The notes under the pieces: model-generated | The model's database searches: none | What the model was told of the DNA's origin: nothing | The model's input: only the letters and a program-made list of their open reading frames with translations | Position numbers and translations under genes: made by a program | In this document: piece after piece, positions 17,812 through 26,566 of the stretch | How the letters are laid out: every line of letters starts with the position of its first letter | Position numbering within the stretch: the stretch's first letter is position 1 | From: Eubacteriales bacterium | Lineage (GTDB): Bacteria; Bacillota; Clostridia; Oscillospirales; CAG-272 | Length of the DNA stretch: 53,370 bases | Direction of reading: 5' to 3' | NCBI GenBank assembly: GCA_045133915.1 | Contig: JBGUUX010000070.1 | Location: 1 to 53,370 of the forward strand

Positions 17812-18909
17812 ATGAAAAATAAAATATGGATACCGATAGCCGCAGTAGTTGTGTTACTTGCTGTATTGTTTATCCCGGTACCCAAGTCAAGCTATGACGA
17901 TGGAGGAACAAAAGAATATGTTGCTCTGACCTATAAAATTGTATCTTGGCACAGAATCACATCCGGTAATGAAGTATATAAGAATATAAATATATATTTC
18001 GGTCAAGACAGAAATAAATCTATTGACGAGTTGTGGGAGCTTGAATATGAAGAGAAGGATTTACAAAGCTCTTATATACATGAATATACCAATACCTTGT
18101 ACGAATTTCTCGCCGTTATAGTAGAGTATAACGGCAACCTTGTGGTTGTCGAACCTCTTGAGGGCGAAGAAGAACGTAATTCTTGTAGCCGCATATCATT
18201 TTCGGTAGGTGAGCTTGAGGACATCGAACCCTGTGTGGGCGATACGGTACGGGTGTATTATACAGGCGGTATAATGGAGACCTATCCTGCACAGATAAAT
18301 GCAAGCTCTTGGGAGCATTACAATTTGGAGCCTTACTTTGACGTGTCAAACGGCTATGATATAGTTGATGAAAAACCTGTAATATATCTTTATCCAGAAA
18401 GAGAAACCGAGGTATCGGTCAAATTAAAGCTTGACGGAGAGTTGACTTGTACCTATCCCGAATACAAAGACGGCTGGAGCGTAACCGCATCCCCCGACGG
18501 AACATTGACCGATGCAGAGGGTCAAAGCTATAACTATCTCTATTGGGAAGGCAGTAGTAACGCAGAATACGATCTTACAAAGGGCTTTTGCATCAAAGGA
18601 GATGACACAGCCGCTTTTCTTGAAAAGGCACTTGAAAATCTTGGACTTAACCGCCGTGAAGCGAATGAATTTATTGTTTATTGGCTTCCTAAAATGGAAT
18701 CTAACCCCTACAATATAATCACTTTCCAGACCGATACATACACCGACTCGGCGAAGCTTATGGTAGCTCCCACTCCAGACACGATTATCCGTGTGTTTAT
18801 GGCGTGGCAGGTAAGTGATGAATATGTTTCTATGCCTGAACAGGAGCTTACTGCATCCGAGCGTACCGGTTTTACCGTTGTAGAATGGGGCGGAGCAGAG
18901 ATCAAATAA
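17812..18909 (+). CDS. membrane-anchored hypothetical protein
   Basis: GAGGAGA RBS, an N-terminal TM helix, 365 aa, no recognisable motif. Confidence 0.6.
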   Translation: MKNKIWIPIAAVVVLLAVLFIPVPKSSYDDGGTKEYVALTYKIVSWHRITSGNEVYKNINIYFGQDRNKSIDELWELEYEEKDLQSSYIHEYTNTLYEFLAVIVEYNGNLVVVEPLEGEEERNSCSRISFSVGELEDIEPCVGDTVRVYYTGGIMETYPAQINASSWEHYNLEPYFDVSNGYDIVDEKPVIYLYPERETEVSVKLKLDGELTCTYPEYKDGWSVTASPDGTLTDAEGQSYNYLYWEGSSNAEYDLTKGFCIKGDDTAAFLEKALENLGLNRREANEFIVYWLPKMESNPYNIITFQTDTYTDSAKLMVAPTPDTIIRVFMAWQVSDEYVSMPEQELTASERTGFTVVEWGGAEIK

Positions 18910-18914
18910 ATAAC

Positions 18915-18941
18915 AAAAGTCCCGAAATTCGGGACTTTATC
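18915..18941. terminator. bidirectional intrinsic terminator
   Basis: AAAAGTCCCGAA-ATT-CGGGACTTTAT between convergent genes. Confidence 0.75.
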
Positions 18942-20197
18942 TATTTTCTTACTTTCTTCAGATGCATCTGATATATTTCCTCGGTAGCAAGGGAGAGCTT
19001 GGTTACAACGTTTTCCTTATCGGGGTAACAGTAGAATGAATCGCTCTCGGTGGAAATATCCACACAGTCATAGGGTTTGATATGGGGAAAATCATATTCC
19101 ACGTGGAGGCTGTTAGACTGTAAGGGCATACGCTGAATACGGTAGTTTTCGCCGTTGTAATATCCCTCAAGCACAAAACCGTTTTGGGGGTCGTGGGTGA
19201 GCTTGGCTACTCCCAAAGGGATGAATTTCCAGCAGTGGGGCATAGAATGAACGTCAACCTTACACTCAAAGTGATATCGGCCTTCCTCTATCTCACGGCG
19301 TACCTCTTGGCGTTCCCACTTGAACCAGTCGGGTACGTGGGTAAATTCGGTATTGCCGTCAAGAGCGGTCAAAGTGCCGTCTTCGTTTTGATGCCAACGC
19401 TTCCCGCATTTTCTACAGAATATATCGGCACCCTTACTGTCCATGACCGACTCTGCCATACAATGGGGACACTTGTACAGGATCTTGTGCAAGCCTTCGG
19501 CACGGTAGGGCTCGGTTATGAGGATCCCGTTATCCTTCTGATATTTGTATTCGTCGTATTCAAAGGCTTCTCTTATCTTAGCGTTTATCTCCTCTGTAGA
19601 TAACGATGCCACGTCCTCTGCGGTCAATATCTGAGTAAGGGTAGTATGGAGCGGAACTTTTCTCTTTTTCTTTACGTTCCATACGGGGGAATGGAGATAA
19701 TTACCTCGGTGCAGAGCCACCACTACGGGAACCTTGTTTCTCTTAACCAGCATACCTACCGAATCGGGCAGATATGAGGTTATACCGCATTGGCTGTATC
19801 TTGCCTCGGGGTACATGGTAAGCACGTCGCCGCGTTCCAGAACCTTTTTTATAGAACGTAAAAGGAACATATCGTTTGTAAACTTACGAGTACAGATAGC
19901 ACCTATCCACTCCATAAGCCAGGGACGCATATAATAGCCGTCGATATTTACTACGTTATTCATGCGCTGAGGATAAGTACCCTCGGCTACCAGCTCAAAG
20001 TCGATAAATGCCTGATGGTTAGAAAGCAGAAAATACGGCGGCTTAAGTCCCTCCATATTGATACGCTCAACCTTGCGCTTTTTGCCGATAAGCATTATTT
20101 TTGAAAGAACCCAGATAAGCCAGGTCAGGTAGATAGGCTGTCTTATGGGATACTTTGCGGTCTTATAGAATTTTGGGTTTTTATAATTAACCTTCAT
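18941..20197 (-). CDS. lysophospholipid (PlsC-type) acyltransferase with a C-terminal CxxC...CxxC zinc-ribbon-containing extension
   Basis: TM helix, the HX4D motif (SNHQAFIDFE), YPEARYS, then CPHCMAES...CRKCGKRW and about 150 further residues. Confidence 0.7.
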   Translation of the reverse strand: MKVNYKNPKFYKTAKYPIRQPIYLTWLIWVLSKIMLIGKKRKVERINMEGLKPPYFLLSNHQAFIDFELVAEGTYPQRMNNVVNIDGYYMRPWLMEWIGAICTRKFTNDMFLLRSIKKVLERGDVLTMYPEARYSQCGITSYLPDSVGMLVKRNKVPVVVALHRGNYLHSPVWNVKKKRKVPLHTTLTQILTAEDVASLSTEEINAKIREAFEYDEYKYQKDNGILITEPYRAEGLHKILYKCPHCMAESVMDSKGADIFCRKCGKRWHQNEDGTLTALDGNTEFTHVPDWFKWERQEVRREIEEGRYHFECKVDVHSMPHCWKFIPLGVAKLTHDPQNGFVLEGYYNGENYRIQRMPLQSNSLHVEYDFPHIKPYDCVDISTESDSFYCYPDKENVVTKLSLATEEIYQMHLKKVRK

Positions 20198-20266
20198 AAT
20201 ACCGTCCTCCGATATAGATAAGACATTATACTACAAAATTTTGTAAAAAACAAGACTAATATTATC

Positions 20267-20295
20267 TTGAAATAAGAATAAAAAGGGTATATAAT
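20267..20295 (+). promoter_or_regulatory. candidate promoter of the ABC operon (TTGAAA, 17 nt spacer, TATAAT)
   Basis: -35 at 20267-20272 and -10 at 20290-20295. Confidence 0.5.
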
Positions 20296-20326
20296 GTAAT
20301 TATTGTATACGAAAGGACGTATTCCT

Positions 20327-21412
20327 ATGAAGGTCACGTTAAAAAATCTGACAAAAAAGTTTCCGTCGAGAAATAAAAAGAATCCCGATGCTGTTGTAGC
20401 GGTAAACGATTTTACCCTTGATATAGAGGACGGCACGCTTATAGCTCTCCTTGGTCCCTCGGGTTGCGGTAAATCAACTACCCTTAATCTTCTTTCAGGT
20501 TTACAGAAGCCTACCACCGGAGAAATATATTTCGGTGACGACGATGTTACAGAGCTGCCTCCCGAAAACAGAGGTGTGGGCTTGGTGTTCCAGAACTACG
20601 CCTTATACCCCCATTTGACGGTAAAACAGAATATAACCTTTCCCCTTGAAAACCGTCGCGGCAAGGATAAGCTAAGTAAAACCGAGATGTCAAAGATGGC
20701 GGAGGAGACCGCAAAACTGGTGCAGATAGAGGAACTGCTCGACCGTAAACCCTCCGAGCTCTCAGGCGGTCAGCAGCAGCGTGTTGCTATAGCCAGAGCT
20801 CTTGTAAAGGAACCAAGAATACTTCTTCTCGATGAACCTCTTTCTAATCTTGATGCAAGACTGAGACTCCAGACCAGAGAAGAGATACGCCGTATTCAGC
20901 GTTCAACGGGTGTTACTACTATATTCGTTACCCACGACCAGGAGGAGGCAATGTCTATCTCTGATATGATCGTGGTTATGAAGGACGGTATACTTCAGCA
21001 AAAGGGAAGACCTCAGGAGGTCTACGATAACCCCTGCAATCTCTTTGTGGCAAAGTTCCTTGGCACTCCTCCTATAAACGTATTTGACGGTGAAATTAAG
21101 AACGGTAAGCTCTATATAGGGGACGAGGCTGTAATAAGCTTTGATGCACCTGACGCACCTGTTGACGTTGCTATACGCCCCGAGGGCTTTACCCTTGACG
21201 GTGAGGGTACCTTTACCTGTAAACTCGACCGTATTGAGGTCATGGGCAGAGATATCAGCGTTGTGGCAGGACACACCGCTTCACAGAACGAGGTCATCCG
21301 TGCTATCGTCGATTCTGATAATCTGGCTGATATACATGGTGACAAGGTTTGCTTTAGCCTTAAAGCAAACAAGGTCTACGTCTTTGACAAGACAACGGGT
21401 GAAAGAATATGA
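20327..21412 (+). CDS. sugar ABC transporter ATP-binding protein (MalK/UgpC/MsmK type)
   Basis: ATG 20327 is preferred. Walker A GPSGCGKST, signature LSGGQQQRVAIARAL, Walker B ILLLDEPLSNLD, and a C-terminal TOBE-like domain. Confidence 0.9.
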   Translation: MKVTLKNLTKKFPSRNKKNPDAVVAVNDFTLDIEDGTLIALLGPSGCGKSTTLNLLSGLQKPTTGEIYFGDDDVTELPPENRGVGLVFQNYALYPHLTVKQNITFPLENRRGKDKLSKTEMSKMAEETAKLVQIEELLDRKPSELSGGQQQRVAIARALVKEPRILLLDEPLSNLDARLRLQTREEIRRIQRSTGVTTIFVTHDQEEAMSISDMIVVMKDGILQQKGRPQEVYDNPCNLFVAKFLGTPPINVFDGEIKNGKLYIGDEAVISFDAPDAPVDVAIRPEGFTLDGEGTFTCKLDRIEVMGRDISVVAGHTASQNEVIRAIVDSDNLADIHGDKVCFSLKANKVYVFDKTTGERI

Positions 21413-22296
21413 AAAACAACCTCAAAGGCTGGTTGTATCTTCTGCCTGCCATACTCTTTTTAGGAGTGTTTATGGTCTATCCTCTGATAGACGTATTCGT
21501 GTACTCCTTTGAAGAGGGTTACAACTTTGCTTCACAGACGTATTTCGGCGTGGGTGAATATAATTTCTCTTACGTTCTCCACGATCCTTATTTTCTGCAG
21601 GCCCTTAAAAACACCTTTATTCTCGTTATCATAACCGTTCCGCTGTCTACCGGTCTTGCGTTACTTATCTCGGTAGGACTGAGCTCTATAAAGAAGCTCC
21701 GTGAACTCTATCAGACGGTATACTTTTTGCCTTACGTTACAAACACCTTGGCAGTAGGTCTGGTGTTTATGATACTCTTTAAGCAGACCCCTTACAGCGA
21801 CGGATTGGCAAACACCGTGTTGTCTTGGTTCGGGGTTGCTCCCATAGACTTTATCGGCGGCCCCTATTGGGCAAAGATGCTTGTGCTTTGTATCTATACC
21901 ATATGGGTGGTTATGCCCTTTAAGGTGCTTATACTCACAAGTGCTCTTGCATCTGTAAACGAGACTTATTACAATGCGGCAAAGGTGGACGGTACCTCAA
22001 AGTTCCGTATATTCCGTAAGATAACACTGCCTATGATATCGCCCACGCTGTTTTATCTTATCATCACAGGCTTTATCGGTGCGTTCAAGGCATATTCTGA
22101 TGCGGTAGCTTTGTTCGGTACAGACCTCAACGCTGCCGAGATGAATACCATAGTCGGCTATATCTACGATATGCTCTACGGAAACTCGGGCGGTTATCCT
22201 TCCTATGCATCGGCTGCAGCTATTATCCTGTTTGTTATAGTGTTGACCATAACCTGCATCAACCTGCTTGTCAGCCGTAAGAACGTTCATTATTGA
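21409..22296 (+). CDS. sugar ABC transporter permease (MalF/UgpA type)
   Basis: Six TM segments and the EAA-like loop (YYNAAKVDGTSKFRIFRKITLPM). ATGA overlap with the ATPase gene. Confidence 0.9.
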   Translation: MKNNLKGWLYLLPAILFLGVFMVYPLIDVFVYSFEEGYNFASQTYFGVGEYNFSYVLHDPYFLQALKNTFILVIITVPLSTGLALLISVGLSSIKKLRELYQTVYFLPYVTNTLAVGLVFMILFKQTPYSDGLANTVLSWFGVAPIDFIGGPYWAKMLVLCIYTIWVVMPFKVLILTSALASVNETYYNAAKVDGTSKFRIFRKITLPMISPTLFYLIITGFIGAFKAYSDAVALFGTDLNAAEMNTIVGYIYDMLYGNSGGYPSYASAAAIILFVIVLTITCINLLVSRKNVHY

Positions 22297-22306
22297 GAGG
22301 TGGCAT

Positions 22307-23170
22307 ATGAATTACGAAAAGATAGAAAAAGCCGCCTTAACAAAAAAGCGGATAAGCAACGTTATAGTATATACCCTCCTTACGGTATGGGGTATCATAG
22401 TTCTGTTTCCTTTTTATTGGATGATACTCACCTCTGTAAAGGAATACGGAGCATATAACTCAGAGTGGGTACCTAAGCTGTATACCTTAGCCCCTACCCT
22501 GGAAAACTATAGATCAGCCTTTACTGAAGTGCCCTTGGGCGGATATTTCCTCAATACGGTGATATTCACCCTTGCCACCACCGCAATAATGCTTGTGGTG
22601 ACGGTGCTTTCCGCCTTTGCATTCTCAAGGCTTGATTTTAAGGGTAAGGATCTTGTGTTTACACTTTTCCTGTCCCTTATGATGATACCTAACGAGCTTG
22701 TTATCATCACAAACTACGTAACGGTAACAAACCTTGATCTAAGAAATACCTTTACCGGACTGATACTTCCGTCGGTGACCTCTGTGTTCTATATCTATCT
22801 GTTAAAGGAGAATTTCTCGCAGATACCTGACGAGCTCTATTATGCCGCCAAGGTTGACGGAACAAGCGATTTCAGATATCTTACCAAGGTCATGGTGCCT
22901 ATATGCAGACCTACCGTGGTTACCATAACCATACTCAAGGTCATAGAATGTTGGAACTCATATGTATGGCCGAGACTTGTAACCGACGATCAGGCTTACT
23001 TCCTTGTTTCCAACGGTATACAGGAGATACGCGAGAACGGCTTTGGACGTGACAACATACCGGCTATGATGGCGGCTGTGGTCGTTATCAGCTTACCGCT
23101 TATCATACTCTTCCTTGTTTTCAGAAAGAAGATTATGGCAGGTGTATCGAGAGGAGGTCTTAAGCAGTGA
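22307..23170 (+). CDS. sugar ABC transporter permease (MalG/UgpE type)
   Basis: ATG 22307 follows GAGAGGTGG. EAA loop YYAAKVDGTSDFRYLTKVMVPI. Confidence 0.9.
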   Translation: MNYEKIEKAALTKKRISNVIVYTLLTVWGIIVLFPFYWMILTSVKEYGAYNSEWVPKLYTLAPTLENYRSAFTEVPLGGYFLNTVIFTLATTAIMLVVTVLSAFAFSRLDFKGKDLVFTLFLSLMMIPNELVIITNYVTVTNLDLRNTFTGLILPSVTSVFYIYLLKENFSQIPDELYYAAKVDGTSDFRYLTKVMVPICRPTVVTITILKVIECWNSYVWPRLVTDDQAYFLVSNGIQEIRENGFGRDNIPAMMAAVVVISLPLIILFLVFRKKIMAGVSRGGLKQ

Positions 23171-24750
23171 AGAAGATAATTTCGCTTATGCTTATAATTG
23201 TAACTCTCCTTACTCTCACCTCTTGCCACGGCTCAAAGGAAAAGAAGGTCTTTGAGATACCCGAAAACTTTGACGAAACAAAGCAGTACGAGATCTCATT
23301 TTGGGCAAAGAACGATACCAACATGACGCAGGTGGATATCTACAAAAAGGCTATATCCGATTTTGAAGCTTTGTATCCCAACATTAAGGTCAATCTCAGA
23401 CTATATACAGACTACGGAAAGATATATAACGACGTTATAACCAATATATCTACAGATACCACGCCAAACGTGTGTATAACCTATCCCGACCATATTGCCA
23501 CATATCTTACGGGTGAGGATACGGTAGTACCGCTTGACGAGCTCTTTGTAAACGAAAAGTACGGTCTTGGAGGAAGTGAGCTTAAGTTTGATTCTCCTAG
23601 ATTTGACGAGCTTATACCTCAGTTTATAGGTGAATGTGAGTTTAACGGTCACTATTATGCAGTACCCTATATGCGTTCCACCGAGGCTTGCTACGTTAAT
23701 AAGACCTACGTAGAGAAGCTTGGCTTTACTCTCCCCGAGACTCTTACCTGGGACTTTATATGGGAGGTCAGCGAAGCGGCGACCGCAAAGAACCCGGACG
23801 GAACTTTTAAGGTAAACGGACAAAAGGTGCTTATACCCTTTATCTACAAGTCAACCGACAATATGATGATACAGATGCTCAAGCAGAGGGATGCCGGATA
23901 TTCCACGGCTATGGGTGAGGTAAAGCTCTTTAATGAGACTACCGATGAAATACTCACCGATATTGCCGCTCACGTTGAAAGCGGTGCTTTTGACACCTTC
24001 AAGCACGCAGGATATCCCGCAAACTTCCTAAATGCAGGCCAGTGTATATTTGCCATAGATTCTACGGCAGGAGCTACCTGGATGGGCTCTGACGCTCCTC
24101 TTGTTGATATAGACGAGGATAAGCTTGTTGATTTTGAGACCGAGGTCATGACAGTACCTCAGTATGATCCCGAAAACCCTGTTATGATATCCCAAGGTCC
24201 TTCTATGTGTGTGTTTAACAAGGCAGATTCAGATGAGGTGATGGCATCATGGCTCTTCTGTCAGTTTATGTTGACAAACGAGGTGCAGATAGCATACTCA
24301 CAGACCGAGGGCTACTGTCCTGTTACAACCAAGGCACAGGGAAGTAAAGAATACAAGGATTACCTTTCAAGAGCGGGAGAGGATAACGGGATGTATTATG
24401 ACGTTAAGCTCATGGCAACAAACCTTTTGCTTGACAATACAGCCAATACCTTTGTTACTCCTGTATTTAACGGTTCCGCTTCTCTTCGTAACGCCGCAGG
24501 CCAGCTTATAGAGAACGTTAACAAGACGGTCAGACGTAAGCAGACCTTCGATGACAAATATCTTGACGACCTGGAAAAGGAAATGATATCCCTTTACCGA
24601 CTTGACCAGATAACTACCTCACAGGGCAAGGTCACCCTCGGCGCTTTACCGACCGGGTCTGTCATATTGCTATCTTGCATAGGAATATGCTGGATAGGAA
24701 TTGTAGCATATGTCATAAAGGAGAAAATAAAGGCCAAGTCTGTCAAATAG
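23167..24750 (+). CDS. extracellular solute-binding lipoprotein with an additional C-terminal TM helix
   Basis: GTG start overlapping the permease stop. Lipobox LLTLTSC. SBP family-1-like body. The C-terminus has the hydrophobic stretch GSVILLSCIGICWIGIVAYVI followed by KEKIKAK. Confidence 0.8.
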   Translation: MKKIISLMLIIVTLLTLTSCHGSKEKKVFEIPENFDETKQYEISFWAKNDTNMTQVDIYKKAISDFEALYPNIKVNLRLYTDYGKIYNDVITNISTDTTPNVCITYPDHIATYLTGEDTVVPLDELFVNEKYGLGGSELKFDSPRFDELIPQFIGECEFNGHYYAVPYMRSTEACYVNKTYVEKLGFTLPETLTWDFIWEVSEAATAKNPDGTFKVNGQKVLIPFIYKSTDNMMIQMLKQRDAGYSTAMGEVKLFNETTDEILTDIAAHVESGAFDTFKHAGYPANFLNAGQCIFAIDSTAGATWMGSDAPLVDIDEDKLVDFETEVMTVPQYDPENPVMISQGPSMCVFNKADSDEVMASWLFCQFMLTNEVQIAYSQTEGYCPVTTKAQGSKEYKDYLSRAGEDNGMYYDVKLMATNLLLDNTANTFVTPVFNGSASLRNAAGQLIENVNKTVRRKQTFDDKYLDDLEKEMISLYRLDQITTSQGKVTLGALPTGSVILLSCIGICWIGIVAYVIKEKIKAKSVK

Positions 24751-24761
24751 CTCTTAATTAC

Positions 24762-24790
24762 TTGATTTTTACTGTAAAAGATAGTATAAT
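24762..24790 (+). promoter_or_regulatory. candidate promoter (TTGATT, 17 nt spacer, TATAAT)
   Basis: -35 at 24762-24767 and -10 at 24785-24790, 44 nt upstream of the lipoprotein ATG. Confidence 0.55.
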
Positions 24791-24833
24791 ATTTGCTGTG
24801 ATAAATTTTTCACAAGAAAAGGAGATTAAAATT

Positions 24834-25592
24834 ATGAAGAAGATTTTTGCAATTCTTATGGTTGCAGTTATGGTGTTTGCTTTTGCAGCATGTGCTACAA
24901 CCAATGAGCCTGAGGTAAAAGAGCCCGTAAATAACGATGCTGTTGATACCGAAGAAGTAGTAGCAGACGACGTTACCGTTATGAGTTATGACGAGTACGT
25001 TGCAGCTGAGCTTGATTCTCAGGTTACTGTTGAGACCTACGTACAGGCTAAGCAGGGCTGGTGGGAAAAGGACGGCGTTGGCGTAGCTACATTCTACACC
25101 CAGAACGAGGACGGCGCATTCTTTGTTTACGAGATGCCCTGTTCCGAGGACGACTACAACAACAAGCTTGTTAAGGGCGCTAAGATCCGTGTAAGCGGTA
25201 CTAAGGCTGAATGGGCAGGCGAGGTTGAGATCGTTGATGCAACATACGAGGTTCTTGAGGGCGAGTTCGTTGCTGAGGCTAAGGATCTTACCGACAAGCT
25301 CGGTACAGATGAGCTCATTAACTATCAGAACCAGCTCGCAATCTTTAAGGGTATGACCGTTGAGTCTATCGAGTACAAGAACGGCACACCCGGTGAAGAT
25401 ATCTACGTAACTCTCGGTTACAACGGCGCTTCCTACAGCTTCTGCGTAGAATCATACCTTACAGGTCCCGATTCTGACGTTTACACCGCAGTCGGCGCAC
25501 TCAACGCAGGTGATGTTGTTGACGTTGAAGGCTTTGTATACTGGTACGAGGGCGTTAATACCCATATTACATCCGTTGCAGTTGCAGGTTAA
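24834..25592 (+). CDS. acidic lipoprotein of unknown function (two OB-fold-like halves?)
   Basis: ATG 24834 with AAGGAG, so the track start at 24675 is an overextension. Lipobox FAFAAC. Codon usage is strongly biased. Confidence 0.7.
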   Translation: MKKIFAILMVAVMVFAFAACATTNEPEVKEPVNNDAVDTEEVVADDVTVMSYDEYVAAELDSQVTVETYVQAKQGWWEKDGVGVATFYTQNEDGAFFVYEMPCSEDDYNNKLVKGAKIRVSGTKAEWAGEVEIVDATYEVLEGEFVAEAKDLTDKLGTDELINYQNQLAIFKGMTVESIEYKNGTPGEDIYVTLGYNGASYSFCVESYLTGPDSDVYTAVGALNAGDVVDVEGFVYWYEGVNTHITSVAVAG

Positions 25593-25610
25593 TTTAATTG
25601 ATCTATAACA

Positions 25611-25647
25611 AATAAGCACCGCATTTGCGGTGCTTATTGTTTTTTTA
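25611..25647 (+). terminator. intrinsic terminator
   Basis: AATAAGCACCGCA-TT-TGCGGTGCTTATT followed by a T-run. Confidence 0.9.
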
Positions 25648-25693
25648 GGATATATGTGTTATAATGTATTATCAAATTTGTAAAGGTGATACT

Positions 25694-26464
25694 ATGAAAA
25701 TTGCAGTTATAACAGGAGCATCCTCCGGCATAGGTAAGGAATTTGTCAAGCAGATAGACGCCCTTGAAGCCCTTGACGAGATATGGCTTATTGCCAGAAG
25801 AGAAGATAAACTGAAAGCGATAGCTTCCGAGCTTAAGAACAAGAGCAGAATCATCCCTCTTGATCTCTTGAGATCCGAAAGCTTTGACGCTTATAAAAAT
25901 ATGCTTAACGAAGATATAAACGTCAGATATCTAGTCAATGCCTCAGGCTTTGGCAATATGGGAGACTGGTCTGAGATATCAAACGACGCTCAGATGCAGA
26001 TGATAGATCTTAACGTCAAGGCGCTTGTCAGTATGACTAATATAACCATACCACATATGAAGAAGGGAAGTATGATACTGCAGATGGGTTCTGCTTCCGT
26101 GTTCAATCCCTTGCCTTATTTCAACATATATGCATCTACCAAGAGCTTTGTAAGACATTATTCAAGGGCTCTCCACGAGGAGCTTAAGCCTCTTGGTATC
26201 CACGTTACCGTTGTGTGTCCCGGCTGGGTACGTACCGAATTTTTTGATCATACAAATGACAGTAACGTAAGCTACTCGCCTAAGAACTATAAGCCTATGA
26301 CTGAGGCAAAGGACGTAGTACGCCGTGCACTGCGTCATGCAAAGCGAAATAAAGCCTTAAGCATCTACGGCTGGTTTACCAAAACACAGCATATATTAGG
26401 CAAGCTCCTGCCTCATAGCCTTATTATGAAAATGTGGAAGGGTATGCTAAAAGAGAATAAATAA
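25694..26464 (+). CDS. SDR-family short-chain dehydrogenase/reductase
   Basis: ATG 25694 (MKIAVITGASSGIGKEF, the TGxxxGIG motif) and the catalytic YxxxK (YASTK). Confidence 0.85.
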   Translation: MKIAVITGASSGIGKEFVKQIDALEALDEIWLIARREDKLKAIASELKNKSRIIPLDLLRSESFDAYKNMLNEDINVRYLVNASGFGNMGDWSEISNDAQMQMIDLNVKALVSMTNITIPHMKKGSMILQMGSASVFNPLPYFNIYASTKSFVRHYSRALHEELKPLGIHVTVVCPGWVRTEFFDHTNDSNVSYSPKNYKPMTEAKDVVRRALRHAKRNKALSIYGWFTKTQHILGKLLPHSLIMKMWKGMLKENK

Positions 26465-26490
26465 AAAGTCCACCTCGGTGGACTTTTATT
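26463..26490. terminator. bidirectional intrinsic terminator
   Basis: AAAAAGTCCACC-TC-GGTGGACTTTTATT. Confidence 0.8.
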
Positions 26491-26491
26491 T

Positions 26492-26566
26492 ATGTATAGG
26501 AATTTGTGTTGTTGCGTGTGCTAAGTAAACGTCGTTTACTTAGCCGCAGAGCAGGCAACTTGCCGC
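26492..26566 (-). repeat. stop-codon-abutting intergenic repeat element, copy E1
   Basis: The minus strand reads TAA-GCGGCAAGTTGCCTGC-TCTGCGG-CTAAGTAAACGACGTTTACTTAG-CACACGCAACAACACAAATTCCTATACAT. Near-identical segments occur in the copy at 31808-31894. Confidence 0.8.

Noticed and set aside
13650-18909. Genomic island integrated at tRNA-Arg
   Set aside because: There is no integrase, recombinase or mobility gene. I did not spot a direct repeat of the tRNA 3' end downstream. Only the soft hint of AT-richer composition in the ECF cluster remains.
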